DNA from: an uncultured delta proteobacterium
GTDB taxonomy: Bacteria; Myxococcota_A; Polyangia; Fen-1088
Assembly: GCA_963737265.1 (NCBI GenBank)
Contig: CAVTRY010000022.1
Span: forward strand, 352,001-416,000
Length of the DNA: 64,000 nt
Direction: 5' to 3'
A program made the position numbers and the translations under genes. Below the pieces are notes generated by a model. That model did no database searches. It was not told where the DNA came from and saw nothing but the letters and a program-made list of their open reading frames with translations. The first letter of the stretch is position 1. Each line of letters starts with the position of its first letter. This document shows, piece after piece, positions 9,892 through 20,893 of this stretch.

Positions 9892-10590
9892 TCAGGGCAG
9901 TATCGTCGCCTCCTTCACGTAATCGAGGTGTGGGAAATCGCGCAGGAGGTAGGCAGTTCCTTCATTTTGGATTCGGTTCTGGTTGGGACCGCTGCCCTGC
10001 GGCGCGCCCTCGCCATAGTCGCCGTAAAGGGCGTCCACGATCTCCATGCCGCTCGCCACGCGGCCAAACGGGGCAAAGCCCATGGTATCGAGGCGACTGT
10101 TCCCGTCGGAATAGTTGATGAAGAACTGGGTGGTACGCGTGCCCGGTCCCGCGGTGGCGAAGGAAACGAAACCCCGTTGATTGGATTGCTTCACCGGATC
10201 GTCGGCGATACGCTGGTCGCGCCAGATGGCGTTGAGCTCGGGTTTTCCGTGGATGCCTACCTGGGCCATGAACCCGCGTACCACGCGGAAAAAGCGCGTG
10301 TCGTTGTAGTAACCGGCCTTGACCAGGTTGAAGAAGCGATCCGCGCCGAGCGGGGCCCAGTCGCGGTGCACCTCAATCACGAAGTCGCCCCTCGACGTGG
10401 CGAACTTGGCCCGGTACACATCCGTCGCTCGTTCGTTCAGGGTTGGCGGTTTGTCGAGCGACGGTTTGATTGCAGGCGGCGGCGCTGGCGCCGCGGCTCC
10501 CTCTGCGTTCTTCTTGCAAGCGCAGGCGAGCAAGAAAGGAAGTGCGATGGATACAAAGCACAGGTGGTATGAGCGCATGCGGACAAACAT
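9892..10590 (-). CDS. cyclophilin-type peptidyl-prolyl cis-trans isomerase (lipoprotein)
   Basis: WAPLGADRF, FFRVVRGFMAQ, RTTQFFIN and GFAPFG motifs. Confidence 0.92.
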   Translation of the reverse strand: MFVRMRSYHLCFVSIALPFLLACACKKNAEGAAAPAPPPAIKPSLDKPPTLNERATDVYRAKFATSRGDFVIEVHRDWAPLGADRFFNLVKAGYYNDTRFFRVVRGFMAQVGIHGKPELNAIWRDQRIADDPVKQSNQRGFVSFATAGPGTRTTQFFINYSDGNSRLDTMGFAPFGRVASGMEIVDALYGDYGEGAPQGSGPNQNRIQNEGTAYLLRDFPHLDYVKEATILP

Positions 10591-10661
10591 ATATCGAAGC
10601 GCCGGGGCTTCGTCCAGTTCGGGTCGACCATTGCTGGCGGACTCGGGTACTCTTGCCGTCG

Positions 10662-11681
10662 ATGTCGTCCGGATCTCCTACGCCACCCCCAGCTTCCCTC
10701 GGCGGCGACGATTGGCAGCGGCGGGTGATCGAACGCGCCAAGGAGCTTGACCACGAGCACCGCCGACGCGTCCGTCCGGCCTCGCAGAGCACGTGGGCGC
10801 GTGTCCTGTCGCTGCGCCTTCTGCGCGTGGCGCTTCGCCGGCTGCTCGTGCGGCCAACAAGGTCGTGCGCGCGCGAGGTCCCCCACCCCGTCGCCAGCCA
10901 CCTCGCCGTGACCTTCGTCGGCCACGCCTCGGTGATGCTGACGACTCGTAAAGCAAGGGTGCTCGTGGATCCTTTCTTAGGTGAGTTTCTCCTCGGTGTG
11001 CGGCGCCAGGAAGCAGCTTGCCTGGCGCCATCCGATACGCGAGACGTGAGCCTCATCCTCATTTCGCACGCGCATCGCGACCGTCTGCACCTGCCCAGTC
11101 TGCGCCGACTGCCTCGGCGCGCGGCGATCGTGGTGCCGCCTCGATGCACGCCTCTTGTCCATCGCTTGGGGTTTGCAAGGGTCGTGGAGCTTGCGCCCGG
11201 CCAAGTGGTGGAACATAGGGATCTGGAAGTGACGGCGGTGGCCGCACGTCACGACGGCAGGCGCGGGCTGCTCGACCCGACCTGGCGGTCGGCGGGTGGC
11301 TACATCGTGAAGTCCGCCGGAGCCTCGGTCTACTACGCGGGAGATTCGGCCTATTTCTCGGGTTTCGAGGAGATTGGCCGTCGCCTCCACCCGGACGTGG
11401 CGCTCTTGCCCGTGGCTGGCTACGAGCCGCCGAGCTTGCGCGACGACCACATGTCGCCGCTCGATGCCTTGCAGGCGTTCCAGGATCTCGGCGCCAAGCT
11501 GCTGGTTCCCATCGGGTATGGCTCGTTTCCGATGGGCTACGAGCCGTGCGACGAACCCTTGTCCTGGCTGGTCCGCCTCTGCGCCGAGCGGGGTCTCGCG
11601 GATCGCCTGGCGGTGCTCCGGCCGGGCGATACTTGCCAAGTGCACGGCGGTTTTATTGCCGACGGCGGTCCCAACCGCTGA
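10662..11681 (+). CDS. MBL-fold metallo-hydrolase (NAPE-PLD/UlaG-like)
   Basis: SHAHRDRLH (variant HxHxDH), GHAS, YYAGDS and HMSP motifs; start inferred at the ATG at 10662. Confidence 0.8.
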   Translation: MSSGSPTPPPASLGGDDWQRRVIERAKELDHEHRRRVRPASQSTWARVLSLRLLRVALRRLLVRPTRSCAREVPHPVASHLAVTFVGHASVMLTTRKARVLVDPFLGEFLLGVRRQEAACLAPSDTRDVSLILISHAHRDRLHLPSLRRLPRRAAIVVPPRCTPLVHRLGFARVVELAPGQVVEHRDLEVTAVAARHDGRRGLLDPTWRSAGGYIVKSAGASVYYAGDSAYFSGFEEIGRRLHPDVALLPVAGYEPPSLRDDHMSPLDALQAFQDLGAKLLVPIGYGSFPMGYEPCDEPLSWLVRLCAERGLADRLAVLRPGDTCQVHGGFIADGGPNR

Positions 11682-11766
11682 TCGACACTTGTCGTCTCTC
11701 ATCGTTCCTTTTGCCTATCCACACTGCTAAAGTGCCGGCCCGGCGAAGGAAAGCCCGAAAGAACGC

Positions 11767-14154
11767 ATGATTCTTATGGAAAAATTGCGGCGAATACAGC
11801 CAGTTTGGTGGATCGCGCTTTTCGCGGTCGCCCTCGTCTTGCCCCGGCTTGGATCGTTTGGTTTCTGGGATCCCTGGGAGCTGAAAGTCGCGGAGCACGC
11901 GCGCGATATGGCGGGCGCGTCGTCGTTGTTCGACGTGACCGTGAACAAACGTTTCACGGCGGAGCCGCCGCTCGATCTCGTTCTGAGCGCGCTCGGTATG
12001 CAGCTTTTTTCGGTGGGGGAGTTTGGCGGTCGCATCGGCAACGGCCTGTGCGCCATCCTCGCCATCCTCGCCGTCTATTGGGCTGGCCTCGGTCTGTTCC
12101 GGCGCCGGGCGGCCGTGCTCTCGGCGCTGGCGCTCGGCTCATTTCCACTGTTCGTGCTCGAAGCTCGCCAAATCGTATCGGATATGCCTTTGATCGCGGG
12201 GCTGGCGCTGGCCTTGGGAGGGTTCGGCCGCTACGCCTGGCCCGCCGACGGTGTGCGGCGCTCGCGCGACCTTGCCGTGGCTGGGATTGGTCTCGTGCTG
12301 GGCCTTCTCTCGGGCGGCGCGCTCCTCGGCGTGGCCTTGCCGTGTTTGACGGTCGCGGGAGCTCTCCTCGTCGGTTTCGGTTTGCGCCCGCGCGACGAAG
12401 CCGCCGGAGCGGGAAATTCATCGCTGACGGCGGCCGGCGTCGGACGAGACGTCCCTGCCGACGCAAGCTTCGGTCGCGGGCTCTTCGCCCAGGCGGCACG
12501 GGGCCGCGCGCCTCTCGTCTCGGTGGCGGCTCTTGGTGTGCTGTTGTTCGCGCTGACCCTCATCACCGCCAACGTCGCTGGCAAGTTCTCGCTGCTCCTA
12601 GGCGGCGTGCCTCGCGCGGGTACGCCTGCCACGACCTTCGACTTCTTCGTCAAGCAACTCGGCTTCGGCCTATTTCCCTGGAGCGCCGTGGCCGTGTTCG
12701 CTCTCGGCCGGCCGCTGATTCGGCTCGGCGGTGGCGACGAACCCGACGGCGATCGACTGGCTTTCGCGCAACTCTACCTGCTCATCTTCGCCGCCTTTGG
12801 CTTCGCGCTGTCGAGCCTCTTCGTGCTTATGACCGGTGAGGCGCGCTTCGCCGCGCTGGCGCCGGTCGCGCTGGCCGTCGGCGCGCTTCTCGACGAGGCA
12901 CTGGAGGGCAAACGCGCCGAGCCGGTGCTGGGCCTGCTGGTCGCGACCGGCACCATGGTGGTCGCGCGCGATTTCGTCCTCACGCCTGAAGAGCTGGTTT
13001 CGGTCCACACCCTGGCCAAGGTGCATTGGCCGCCCACCATCAATCTTGGCCCGGTTTTCATCGTCATCGGGCTGCTTTTTGCCGGCGGAATCTACACCGG
13101 GCTGTCCACGCGCGGTCGCGCCCTCGGGCGCGTGGCGCTCCGCGATCTCGGCGCTGCCGGGCCGTGGCGCAGATGCATCGAGAAGGCCGTGGTCGAGGCC
13201 GGCCGCTACGGCATCCAGGTCGCGGTGGCTTCGGCCGTGCTGTTCGCGGGCGTGGTTGGCCTCTATCTCGTGCCGACCCTATCCAAACACCTTTCCTTCA
13301 AGCCGCTGCTCGAAACCTACGCGCGCTTCGCTCTGCATGGCGAGAGAATCGGCCGCTACAAGGTCGAAGCCCAGGGCGCCGGCTTCTACAGCCACAAGGA
13401 AATGAGCGATCTGCCCACGCAGGATCGCTTGGTGGAATTCCTGCGCGCCAGTGACCGCGTGTTCGCGTTGGTGCCGACGACGGAAATTGGGGCGCTCGAT
13501 GCCGCGCTCAAGACGGCCAAGGTGGCGTACGTGGTGGTCGACGGGTCGTCGTCGCGCTTCCTGCTGTTGTCGAATCGGCTGGAAAGCGGCGAAAAGGACG
13601 ACAATCCGCTCAAGCCCGATGTGTGGATGGCGCCGCAGTTGCCGTCGCTGGTTGCGGCGGCGTCGGGCGAGGCGAGCCCCAACCCTGCAGCGGGTGAAGC
13701 CGCCAAGAAGATCGAGTGGCCGGATCAGCCGGCGCCCTGGAAGTGGCGAATTTCGGCCCGGGCCATTTTTGACGATTCCATCGAGCTAGTCGGCGCGGAT
13801 TTTCCACCCGACATTCGCCGGCCAGGCAAGATTCATCTCGTGCTCTACTTCCGGGTGCACAAGAAGCCCAAGCCTGGATTCCGCGTGTTCGTGCACTTCG
13901 ACGCGCCCTCCGAACCGCGGCTGCTCGGCGACCATCCCCTGCTGAACGGGACCTTCCCGACCGAATATTGGTTGCCGGGGGAATACATTCGCGATAGCTA
14001 CGACGTGGATGTTCCGCTGATGACGACGCCCGCGGGCAAATACACTCTGTTGATTGGCTTCTGGCCGGGTGGCGAGGGCAAGCGCCTGAAGATCACGGCG
14101 GGCAACAACGACGGCGCGGATCGCACCCAGGTTGGCTTCATTGAGATCAAGTAG
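11767..14154 (+). CDS. GT-C fold glycosyltransferase family 39 (ArnT/PMT-like) with soluble C-terminal domain
   Basis: WDPWE motif after the first TM helix, PPL, many TM helices, and a C-terminal beta domain 'VFVH...GDH...W.PGE.IRD...G.Y.L..G'. Confidence 0.8.
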   Translation: MILMEKLRRIQPVWWIALFAVALVLPRLGSFGFWDPWELKVAEHARDMAGASSLFDVTVNKRFTAEPPLDLVLSALGMQLFSVGEFGGRIGNGLCAILAILAVYWAGLGLFRRRAAVLSALALGSFPLFVLEARQIVSDMPLIAGLALALGGFGRYAWPADGVRRSRDLAVAGIGLVLGLLSGGALLGVALPCLTVAGALLVGFGLRPRDEAAGAGNSSLTAAGVGRDVPADASFGRGLFAQAARGRAPLVSVAALGVLLFALTLITANVAGKFSLLLGGVPRAGTPATTFDFFVKQLGFGLFPWSAVAVFALGRPLIRLGGGDEPDGDRLAFAQLYLLIFAAFGFALSSLFVLMTGEARFAALAPVALAVGALLDEALEGKRAEPVLGLLVATGTMVVARDFVLTPEELVSVHTLAKVHWPPTINLGPVFIVIGLLFAGGIYTGLSTRGRALGRVALRDLGAAGPWRRCIEKAVVEAGRYGIQVAVASAVLFAGVVGLYLVPTLSKHLSFKPLLETYARFALHGERIGRYKVEAQGAGFYSHKEMSDLPTQDRLVEFLRASDRVFALVPTTEIGALDAALKTAKVAYVVVDGSSSRFLLLSNRLESGEKDDNPLKPDVWMAPQLPSLVAAASGEASPNPAAGEAAKKIEWPDQPAPWKWRISARAIFDDSIELVGADFPPDIRRPGKIHLVLYFRVHKKPKPGFRVFVHFDAPSEPRLLGDHPLLNGTFPTEYWLPGEYIRDSYDVDVPLMTTPAGKYTLLIGFWPGGEGKRLKITAGNNDGADRTQVGFIEIK

Positions 14155-14158
14155 CCCC

Positions 14159-14584
14159 ATGCCCGCCAAGGATCGTCGCAAGCGCAAAGCCTCGGTCGTC
14201 GCCGACGAACGGCGCGAAGGGCGCGAGCGGCGCGAACACGAGCGTATAGCGATGTGTCTGGAGGTCGACTATCGCTGCGACGAAACCTTCCTGTTCGCCT
14301 ACATCACCGATATGTCGGCCATGGGGATTTTCATTCAAACCACGAGTCCGCAACCGGCTGGCACCTTGCTCAACTTGCGTTTTCGCACCCCGGACGGCGC
14401 GCGCATGGATGTCGATGGCAGGGTCATTTGGGTCAATCACCCTCGGCGGGCCGACAGCATCAACCCGGGCATGGGCGTGCAATTCGTCGATTTGACGTCC
14501 GCGCAGCGCGAACAGATCACGGGACTCGTGCGCACGTTCGCCTATCTCAGCGACGATGAAGACAAGATTCGCGGGAATTCCTAG
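14159..14584 (+). CDS. PilZ domain protein (myxobacterial TIGR02266-like)
   Basis: ERREHER (RxxxR), DMSAMGIFI (D/NxSxxG) and GMGVQF motifs. Confidence 0.88.
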   Translation: MPAKDRRKRKASVVADERREGRERREHERIAMCLEVDYRCDETFLFAYITDMSAMGIFIQTTSPQPAGTLLNLRFRTPDGARMDVDGRVIWVNHPRRADSINPGMGVQFVDLTSAQREQITGLVRTFAYLSDDEDKIRGNS

Positions 14585-14649
14585 AGCACCGCTCGCGTGC
14601 TCGCGTGCGGGAAAGTTGACAGAATCGCAGCCGCGTTGAGACTCGCTCC

Positions 14650-14919
14650 ATGAGGCCAGCGCGGCGAATAATCAAAGTCCAGCGGCGACAAGTGCTTCCC
14701 GAGCGATCGCGCATTACTGCGGGCCGCACCGTGGCGGCGCTGCGACGAAGCCGGGAAGCGCTGGTGGATATCGAAAACCAGCTCGACAATCTTCTGCTGA
14801 ACCTGCGGTCGCCCGGGACGCGCATCGACGCCGGCGCCCCGGATCGGCTGGCATGTGCCGCCGGGAAGGCCAACGAAGCCATGGTCACGCTTCAGAATCT
14901 CGGAAGTCTTTTCGCGTAG
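14650..14919 (+). CDS. small helical hypothetical protein
   Basis: 89-aa ORF between PilZ and the protease gene with coiled-coil character. Confidence 0.5.
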   Translation: MRPARRIIKVQRRQVLPERSRITAGRTVAALRRSREALVDIENQLDNLLLNLRSPGTRIDAGAPDRLACAAGKANEAMVTLQNLGSLFA

Positions 14920-14945
14920 CAGGCGCTCGGGCGGGAACGTGCGCC

Positions 14946-15698
14946 TTGCCGGATCGCGAACAAAGAACCGCCAGCCTGAGCGAACCGCTGCTGGCGTTTG
15001 CTGCGGTGATTGGGGTCGCGGCGATTCTTTTTTTGGCCGCGCGCAGTGTCAGCTTCGTGCAGCAGATCATGCACAGCGCAATTGCATGCACATTCCTCTT
15101 CGGACCTGAGGTCGCGGCACGCCTCTCCGGTCGTCCGTTCGATCCGCGGGTGGCGGGCATTACCGTCCAACCCCTCGGACCTAGCTTGCGCGTGCTCGGT
15201 CTCGCCGTACTTGTGACCTGGCCCATCTTTGTCCTCGGTTTCTTTCTTTACTACGCTGCCATCTGTCCGGAAGATGGCTCGCTGCACGCATGGGTCGAGG
15301 CGTTGGCGCCGGTGTGTTCGCGCTGGCGTGGGGTAGCTGCCTGGCACTGGCAGGTGCCCGAGGGATTCTTGGTCTTGGCGCTGTCCCAGATTCTGGTGGT
15401 CGCCGTTCCTGAGGAAATCTTCTTTCGCGGCTATTTGATGGCGCGTTTCGAGGAGCGCTGGCCATCGCGCCGCCGCCTGTGGGGCGCCGCGGTGGGATGG
15501 CCGCTCTTGTTGTCGAGCGTGCTTTTCGGCCTAGGCCATTTCCTGGTCGATTTTCAGCCGGCGCGGCTGGCGGTGTTTTTTCCTGCGCTCGCCTTTGGGT
15601 GGATGCGCAACCGTTCGGGGTCGGTTGCGCCGGGCGCGGTTTTTCACGCCCTGTGCAACCTGCTAAGCGAAGTCCTGCACGACAGCCTCTTCAATTAA
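14946..15698 (+). CDS. CPBP/CAAX glutamic intramembrane protease, myxosortase (MrtC-like)
   Basis: EEIFFRG, FGLGH, FFPALAFGW and FHALCN motifs; start uncertain. Confidence 0.8.
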   Translation: MPDREQRTASLSEPLLAFAAVIGVAAILFLAARSVSFVQQIMHSAIACTFLFGPEVAARLSGRPFDPRVAGITVQPLGPSLRVLGLAVLVTWPIFVLGFFLYYAAICPEDGSLHAWVEALAPVCSRWRGVAAWHWQVPEGFLVLALSQILVVAVPEEIFFRGYLMARFEERWPSRRRLWGAAVGWPLLLSSVLFGLGHFLVDFQPARLAVFFPALAFGWMRNRSGSVAPGAVFHALCNLLSEVLHDSLFN

Positions 15699-15781
15699 AT
15701 TAGGAGCAGGATCGATGGGGCACTTTTCATCCCCCGCGGTCGAGTTCCGGCGGACATAACCCCGCCGTCCCGCACGCGGCA

Positions 15782-18519
15782 TTACTGCGGCGACGACGCC
15801 GATTGGCCCTGGAGATGGATGTTGCGAGTGGTGCTGTTCCAGCCAGCCGGCAGCGGTTGGCAGAAGGCCTGATCGCTCGCCACCGAGATGACCAAATTGC
15901 CCGTCGCGGTGAACGTCAAATCGGAGTCGTTGGGCTGGAAGATGGCCACGATGTTGGAAGTGACCGGTACCGTGAGGGGTGGCGCATCGGTGCCGGGTAA
16001 AATATTCGTTTGATTGGAGAGTCTGAACACTGAGCCCTGGCCCGGAGCAATGATGAGATTCTGCAAAGACGCCTGCGCTGGTGCATTCCCGGCGTTGACG
16101 ATGGGGACGTACAGTTTGCGTATTGCTCCAGTGGTGGCGGTGCCGAAGCTCCATTCCGTCGGCCAAAGCTCGTTGGTGATGATGACACCTTGGGCGCCCA
16201 TCGTCAGACTAACCTGATGGGGACTGTCGTTCACGGCATCGGTCGTGATGGTCAGACTTCCGTCGAATAGCGCGTGGTTCGGAACTTGGGCGACCGCCGG
16301 CGGAATAGCAACTGGCGTAACCGTGATTTCGACCGAGCTGTCCGGTGCTACAGCTGCTGGCAGGTTTGGATAGTCAAGTGTGTAGTAGTTGGTGTTGGTG
16401 AGCGTGACATTGGTTATGTCGTACGGGGCGCTGCCGGGGTTGGTCAGAGTAATCTGCTGCGGGGCCGCGCTTGCTCCGCAGTTGACCAGGCCGAAGTCGA
16501 TCGCGCCGGGGATTCCCGCCACCAGTGCGCGCGTGGCCCTCCCCGTCGCGGACAGGTCGCCCGAGGCGGTTCCACAATTGGCTTCCGCGCCAACTTGCCA
16601 GTGGATGGTTGCCGCCAGGTCGACGTGCGTGCCGCTCGTGATGATGCTGGTGTCCGCACCGGGAGCGAACGTTACCGTCACATCGGCCTGGCCGCCGGCG
16701 GCGACGCTAACCGAGGATGGAGCCACGCTAAAGTATGGGGCGCCTCCGCCGGTGACCGTGAACGAAACCGACGCGGGAACGGAATTCGGATTGGCGTTGT
16801 TTTGCACCGTCAGGTGAACCGGGAGCGACTGCTGAGCGGGCGAGGCGATGGGAACCGAGCCGAAGGCAAGCGACGGTGCCGTCACAGTCACGACGTCACC
16901 CAGCGGGGTTTGCGTTAGCGTGATATGGCGAACAGTGGTGTCACCGAGGATGTTGGTTGGCGTAACGTCAATCGTGTCGGTGACCGGCGTGGCGTTGCTC
17001 GGACTGTTCGGCGTGACGGTGACCTGCGAAGCCGGCTCGGGGCTGCCGTTGGTGGGCGGCGGCAGCGTGTCTCCGGTCGACGAGAGCTGGAAGATGGAGC
17101 TGTTTCCGCCTTCGAGGGCCGCGGTCCATGCCATGGAGGCCGTCCCACTGTTCGTGACGGTGAAGGTCTGGCCGATCGGATTGCCACCACAAGCGGTGGC
17201 GAAGCTTAGCGAGATCGCCGAGAGCGCGATAGCGCCGTTGAGCGACGTTCCGGTCAGGGCGAGCGGGCCCGGCAGCGCGTGCTGGCACACCGCCACTTGC
17301 GTCGCCAGGGTCATCGACAGGGCGCCGACCGCCGGCCCGGCCGCATCCGGAGCCATGAAAGCAACGATGCCGTCGGCCGAGTGGCCGGCGAGGATGGTGA
17401 CGGGCGTGGAACTGGTTACGCTGAACGCGTTGGTCGCAAGCAGGTTCACCTGCGCATCCACGTTGCCGGAGTTGACGACGTGGAATGTTCCGGTCGTTGT
17501 CTCTCCTGGCGACAGGATGCCGAAGGAGCCAAATGATTCTTCAGTGCTCCACGCGAGCACCGCGCCCTGCGCGCTCTCGGTGACGTAGACCAAGTGCTGG
17601 TCGTCGTTGGGAACGTCGGTCTGAATCGTCAGGGTGTCGTCGTAGCTGGCCCCCACGGCGGAGGTCAGGGGAATTCCCGGAGCGTGAATGGTGACGACAA
17701 GCGTTCCGCCGGCAGCGATGGTCGTTCCGCCCGTGACAGCGGTGTAGCCCAGCGTTCCCGTGAATTGCGAGCTTGTGATATGAGCGTCGGATCCACCCGA
17801 GTTGGTCAAGGTGAAGGTCTGCACCGGCGGCGCTTGGCCGCCACATGGATTGAGGCCGAAGTCGAAGGTGTAGTCTTTTGCTGGCCAACCGGTGAGCACG
17901 GCTGGCGAGCTCGGCGCGTCGGGATTGGCCGAGGCGCCAGCTTCCGTTAGGTCACCACCGGCCTCGCCCGCTAGGCCACTGTCGACATCAATGCCGATGG
18001 CGCCGCCCGTGCCGCCAGTGCCGCCACCCGCGCCGCCCGCACCGCCCGCACCGCCGCTTCCGGCCCCGGTGTCGAGGCCAGCGCCTCCCGAGCCGCTGAT
18101 GGGACTGTCTGCCGGCGATCCGTCGGCCGGCGCCACGCCATCCGAGGGGAGCGGAACGTCAGCGGTGGCATTGGCCGCGTCCACCGTGCCGCCAGCAGCG
18201 TCATCGGCTGTCGGCGTGTTCGAGCCTCGCGCTGCTGTCCTGACCGCCGTCGTAGCTGCTCGCGACGGTGTCGGCCCCAACGCCCACGTCGGCCGGGCCG
18301 CCAGAATCCATCGGGGACCTTCTTGCCTGCCTCCGGCTGCGCCTCGGAACCTACGGTGCTATCTGGGGCTGAGCCAACCGCGTCTCCCCTTCCGTCGCTG
18401 GCCGCGTCGGAGTCCTTCTTTGGTGCGCCGCTGCCGCCGCAACCCGCGAAGGCAAACACTCCGGCCAGTCCGAGGCAGGCGATGGGAAAAAGGGCAGTGG
18501 AACATTGAAAGGGCTTCAT
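15782..18519 (-). CDS. large surface lipoprotein with repeated Ig-like (choice-of-anchor D/ASH-type) domains, frameshift near 18300
   Basis: GGAGA RBS, then MKPFQ...FAFAGC lipobox at 18519; Gly-rich linker; repeated 'FG.V....T.T.TNxG' beta modules in ORF 15782-18280. Confidence 0.75.
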
Positions 18520-18581
18520 CTGTCGATCTCCAGTGAGGGGTGCGATGGTCCTGCCAGCGAGCGTGGATCGCGTTCGCGGCT

Positions 18582-19086
18582 GGATGTTCACGACCACTAC
18601 AACTACGACCACAGCGCGAACTTTGGAGCCTACAAAACTTACCAATGGGTCGATCTCCCAGGCCCCGGCGGGGCGGTGCCGGACCAGTTGATCGATCAGT
18701 CCATTAAGCGGGCAGTGGACGAACAACTCGCGCAGAAAGGCCTGACCAGGGTCGACAGTGGCGCGGATCTCCACGTCGCTTATCACGCCATTGTCAGAGA
18801 GGAAAAAGGCATCAACTTGTCGGCATTTGGTGACGGCGGCGGCCCTTGGGGATGGGGCGGCGGTTGGGGCGGATTCAATAGCGGTACAGTAACCGGCCAA
18901 ACATCCACTATTCCTGTCGGAACGCTGCTCGTAGACCTCTATGATCCTGCAAGAAAGCAGCTGGTCTGGCGCGGAGATGGCACCAAAACTATTGATCTTA
19001 AGAAAGACCCTGATAAGAACTACAGAACTCTGCAAAAATCCATGGCCAAGCTGTTCAAGAACTATCCGCCGCAGGCCGGCAAGTAA
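18582..19086 (+). CDS. DUF4136 domain protein, 5'-truncated at a segment junction
   Basis: YNYDHSANFGAYKTYQW, ADLHVAY and GTLLVDLYD...LVWRG motifs; no signal peptide upstream. Confidence 0.8.
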
Positions 19087-19099
19087 GAGGAGACTTAAA

Positions 19100-19904
19100 G
19101 TGAAATCACAATGGATCATCGGATTTTTACTAACGTGTGCGCTGGCGATTTCCGCCAATGCTCAAGAGAATGGCGGCGTGCAAAGTGCGGCCGGCCCAAT
19201 CGCAAACTTCGCGCAGCAAAACTCCGGCGGCGCAACCAGCCCTACTACGCAACTACAAGCACCTGCAGGAGGGCAGGAGGCAGGGACCTACCAAGACCGA
19301 TTAGAGGAGGTCGTTGGAGCCATGTCGGCAGAGTTAGCCGAAATTGCGCAGGCCGCTCGTGAAGGCAAGATCGGCCGCGATCAAGCCGAATACCTCAGCC
19401 TGGAACGCTATTACGTTGCACTGACACGCTTCCAGCTCCTACGTACCCTGTACCAGGCGCCGCAGGACAGCAATCCACCACAAAGTTACGCGCAGGCGAA
19501 TACTTCAACCCAGATTTCCGGGAGCGCCTTCGCGTATTCCTTCGATGGTCTGCTCGCCTGATATTCCCGACCAGCTCGTTGACTATCTCCAGCTCACGCC
19601 GCTAGAAATCCAGGCGTTAGAGGCACAAGTTACCGAACAGTGCAAGCAGGTACAACCACTTGTAGACCGGCTTGAAAAGAGCCGTCGCAAGGTGCTTGAG
19701 ATGAAACTGAACGGGAAAGTTGACGACCGGGAAGTTCAGGCTCTCGCCGCAGAACAGTCGCAGATTATCAAGCAGCTCATTGTGGCGAATTCACAGCTTG
19801 AGACCAAACTCTATAAGACGCTGACCAGCGAACAACAACAAAAGGTGGATGGGTTATTGCGCCAGACTCTCAGCTCTGGAGGAACACCACCGCTTCCTCA
19901 ATAG
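19100..19904 (+). CDS. secreted helical protein (C-terminus Spy/CpxP-like), frameshift near 19530
   Basis: GAGGAG RBS and GTG start with signal peptide; second frame ends in LQLTP...LTSEQQQK. Confidence 0.55.
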
Positions 19905-20267
19905 CGAGCGGGCCCATACCATTCAGAAACTCTTGTCCGAGGCCGCCTTGCTGTTGAAAGGATTGCAACCCAAGGCGGCGTTAATAACGCCGCTACCTCT
20001 TAACCTCCTGTCCTTTTCGGTCGTTGCGTCACTTTCTTTGCCAGTTACGCTTCGACGCTCGCTCGTCTATCCCACACTGATTACTGGAGTTTCGTCAGCC
20101 GCCTGCATTCGGTCAGGGCAGATTCAGTCTGCATTGGTAAAGGCGCCTTGATTTCAGCAACTTGCGGTAAACACTGATTGGCACGCGGGCTGCATTACCT
20201 ATTACGTCCGTCGCCCCGACTCTTCCAAGCTCTGAAGATCGGGAAATTGAAGGCGCAAAGGTGATGC

Positions 20268-20882
20268 ATGTATTGGCTGCACCTGACAAGGAAGCAGAAG
20301 AAACGAATCGCACAAGTACTCAGCACGACCGAGATCGAGGATCCTTTTGCTGACCAAAGCGAGAGTCTGTACTGGACTGCTCTGATGATCACGGGAACTG
20401 CGGAAATGGCGGAGCGATCGGTTATCGACGCAACAGGTCTTGCCGAGACCAGTAGCCGCGAATTTCGTGACTGGCTGGTGCTTTGGGCACATTTGGCTAC
20501 TGCCCGCTCTGCACTGAACGCCGTCCGTTCATCGATCCAGGAAACTGCTAAACGATACGCTGACTGGACTTGCTCGCACCATGGCCACGAGCCTCTTTCA
20601 TGGGCCGAGATTCGAAGGCTCCAGGAGCTGGATGCAGGTAAAGTCGTGCAGCAGCTCGACGTTTTGGCTCGGGCTGTTCTGGTTCTTCACGGCTGCCACG
20701 CCGCTTCGTTCGAGGACTGCGTGTTGTTGCTGAATGTGCCGCTTCAATCTGCCGTTGGCGCCTACTGTACAGCGCTTGAGTGGTACAAGGCGTTTACAGA
20801 ACCGGCTGACAGAGATGCAGCCGACGCAACTTCCGCAACCTACATTTTCCGGTTGCGACCTAAATGGACATTTGGGGTGTAG
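20268..20882 (+). CDS. hypothetical protein resembling a degenerate ECF sigma factor
   Basis: 'LYWTALMITGTAEMAE' (region 2-like) and 'LDVLARAVLVL...SFEDCVLLL' (region 4-like). Confidence 0.5.
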   Translation: MYWLHLTRKQKKRIAQVLSTTEIEDPFADQSESLYWTALMITGTAEMAERSVIDATGLAETSSREFRDWLVLWAHLATARSALNAVRSSIQETAKRYADWTCSHHGHEPLSWAEIRRLQELDAGKVVQQLDVLARAVLVLHGCHAASFEDCVLLLNVPLQSAVGAYCTALEWYKAFTEPADRDAADATSATYIFRLRPKWTFGV

Positions 20883-20893
20883 AGGAGGTCGAT

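Noticed and set aside
983-18500. Numerous long overlapping or antisense ORFs in the high-GC segment
   Set aside because: These are shadow ORFs expected from high-GC codon bias, with Arg/Pro/Ala-rich translations and no motifs.
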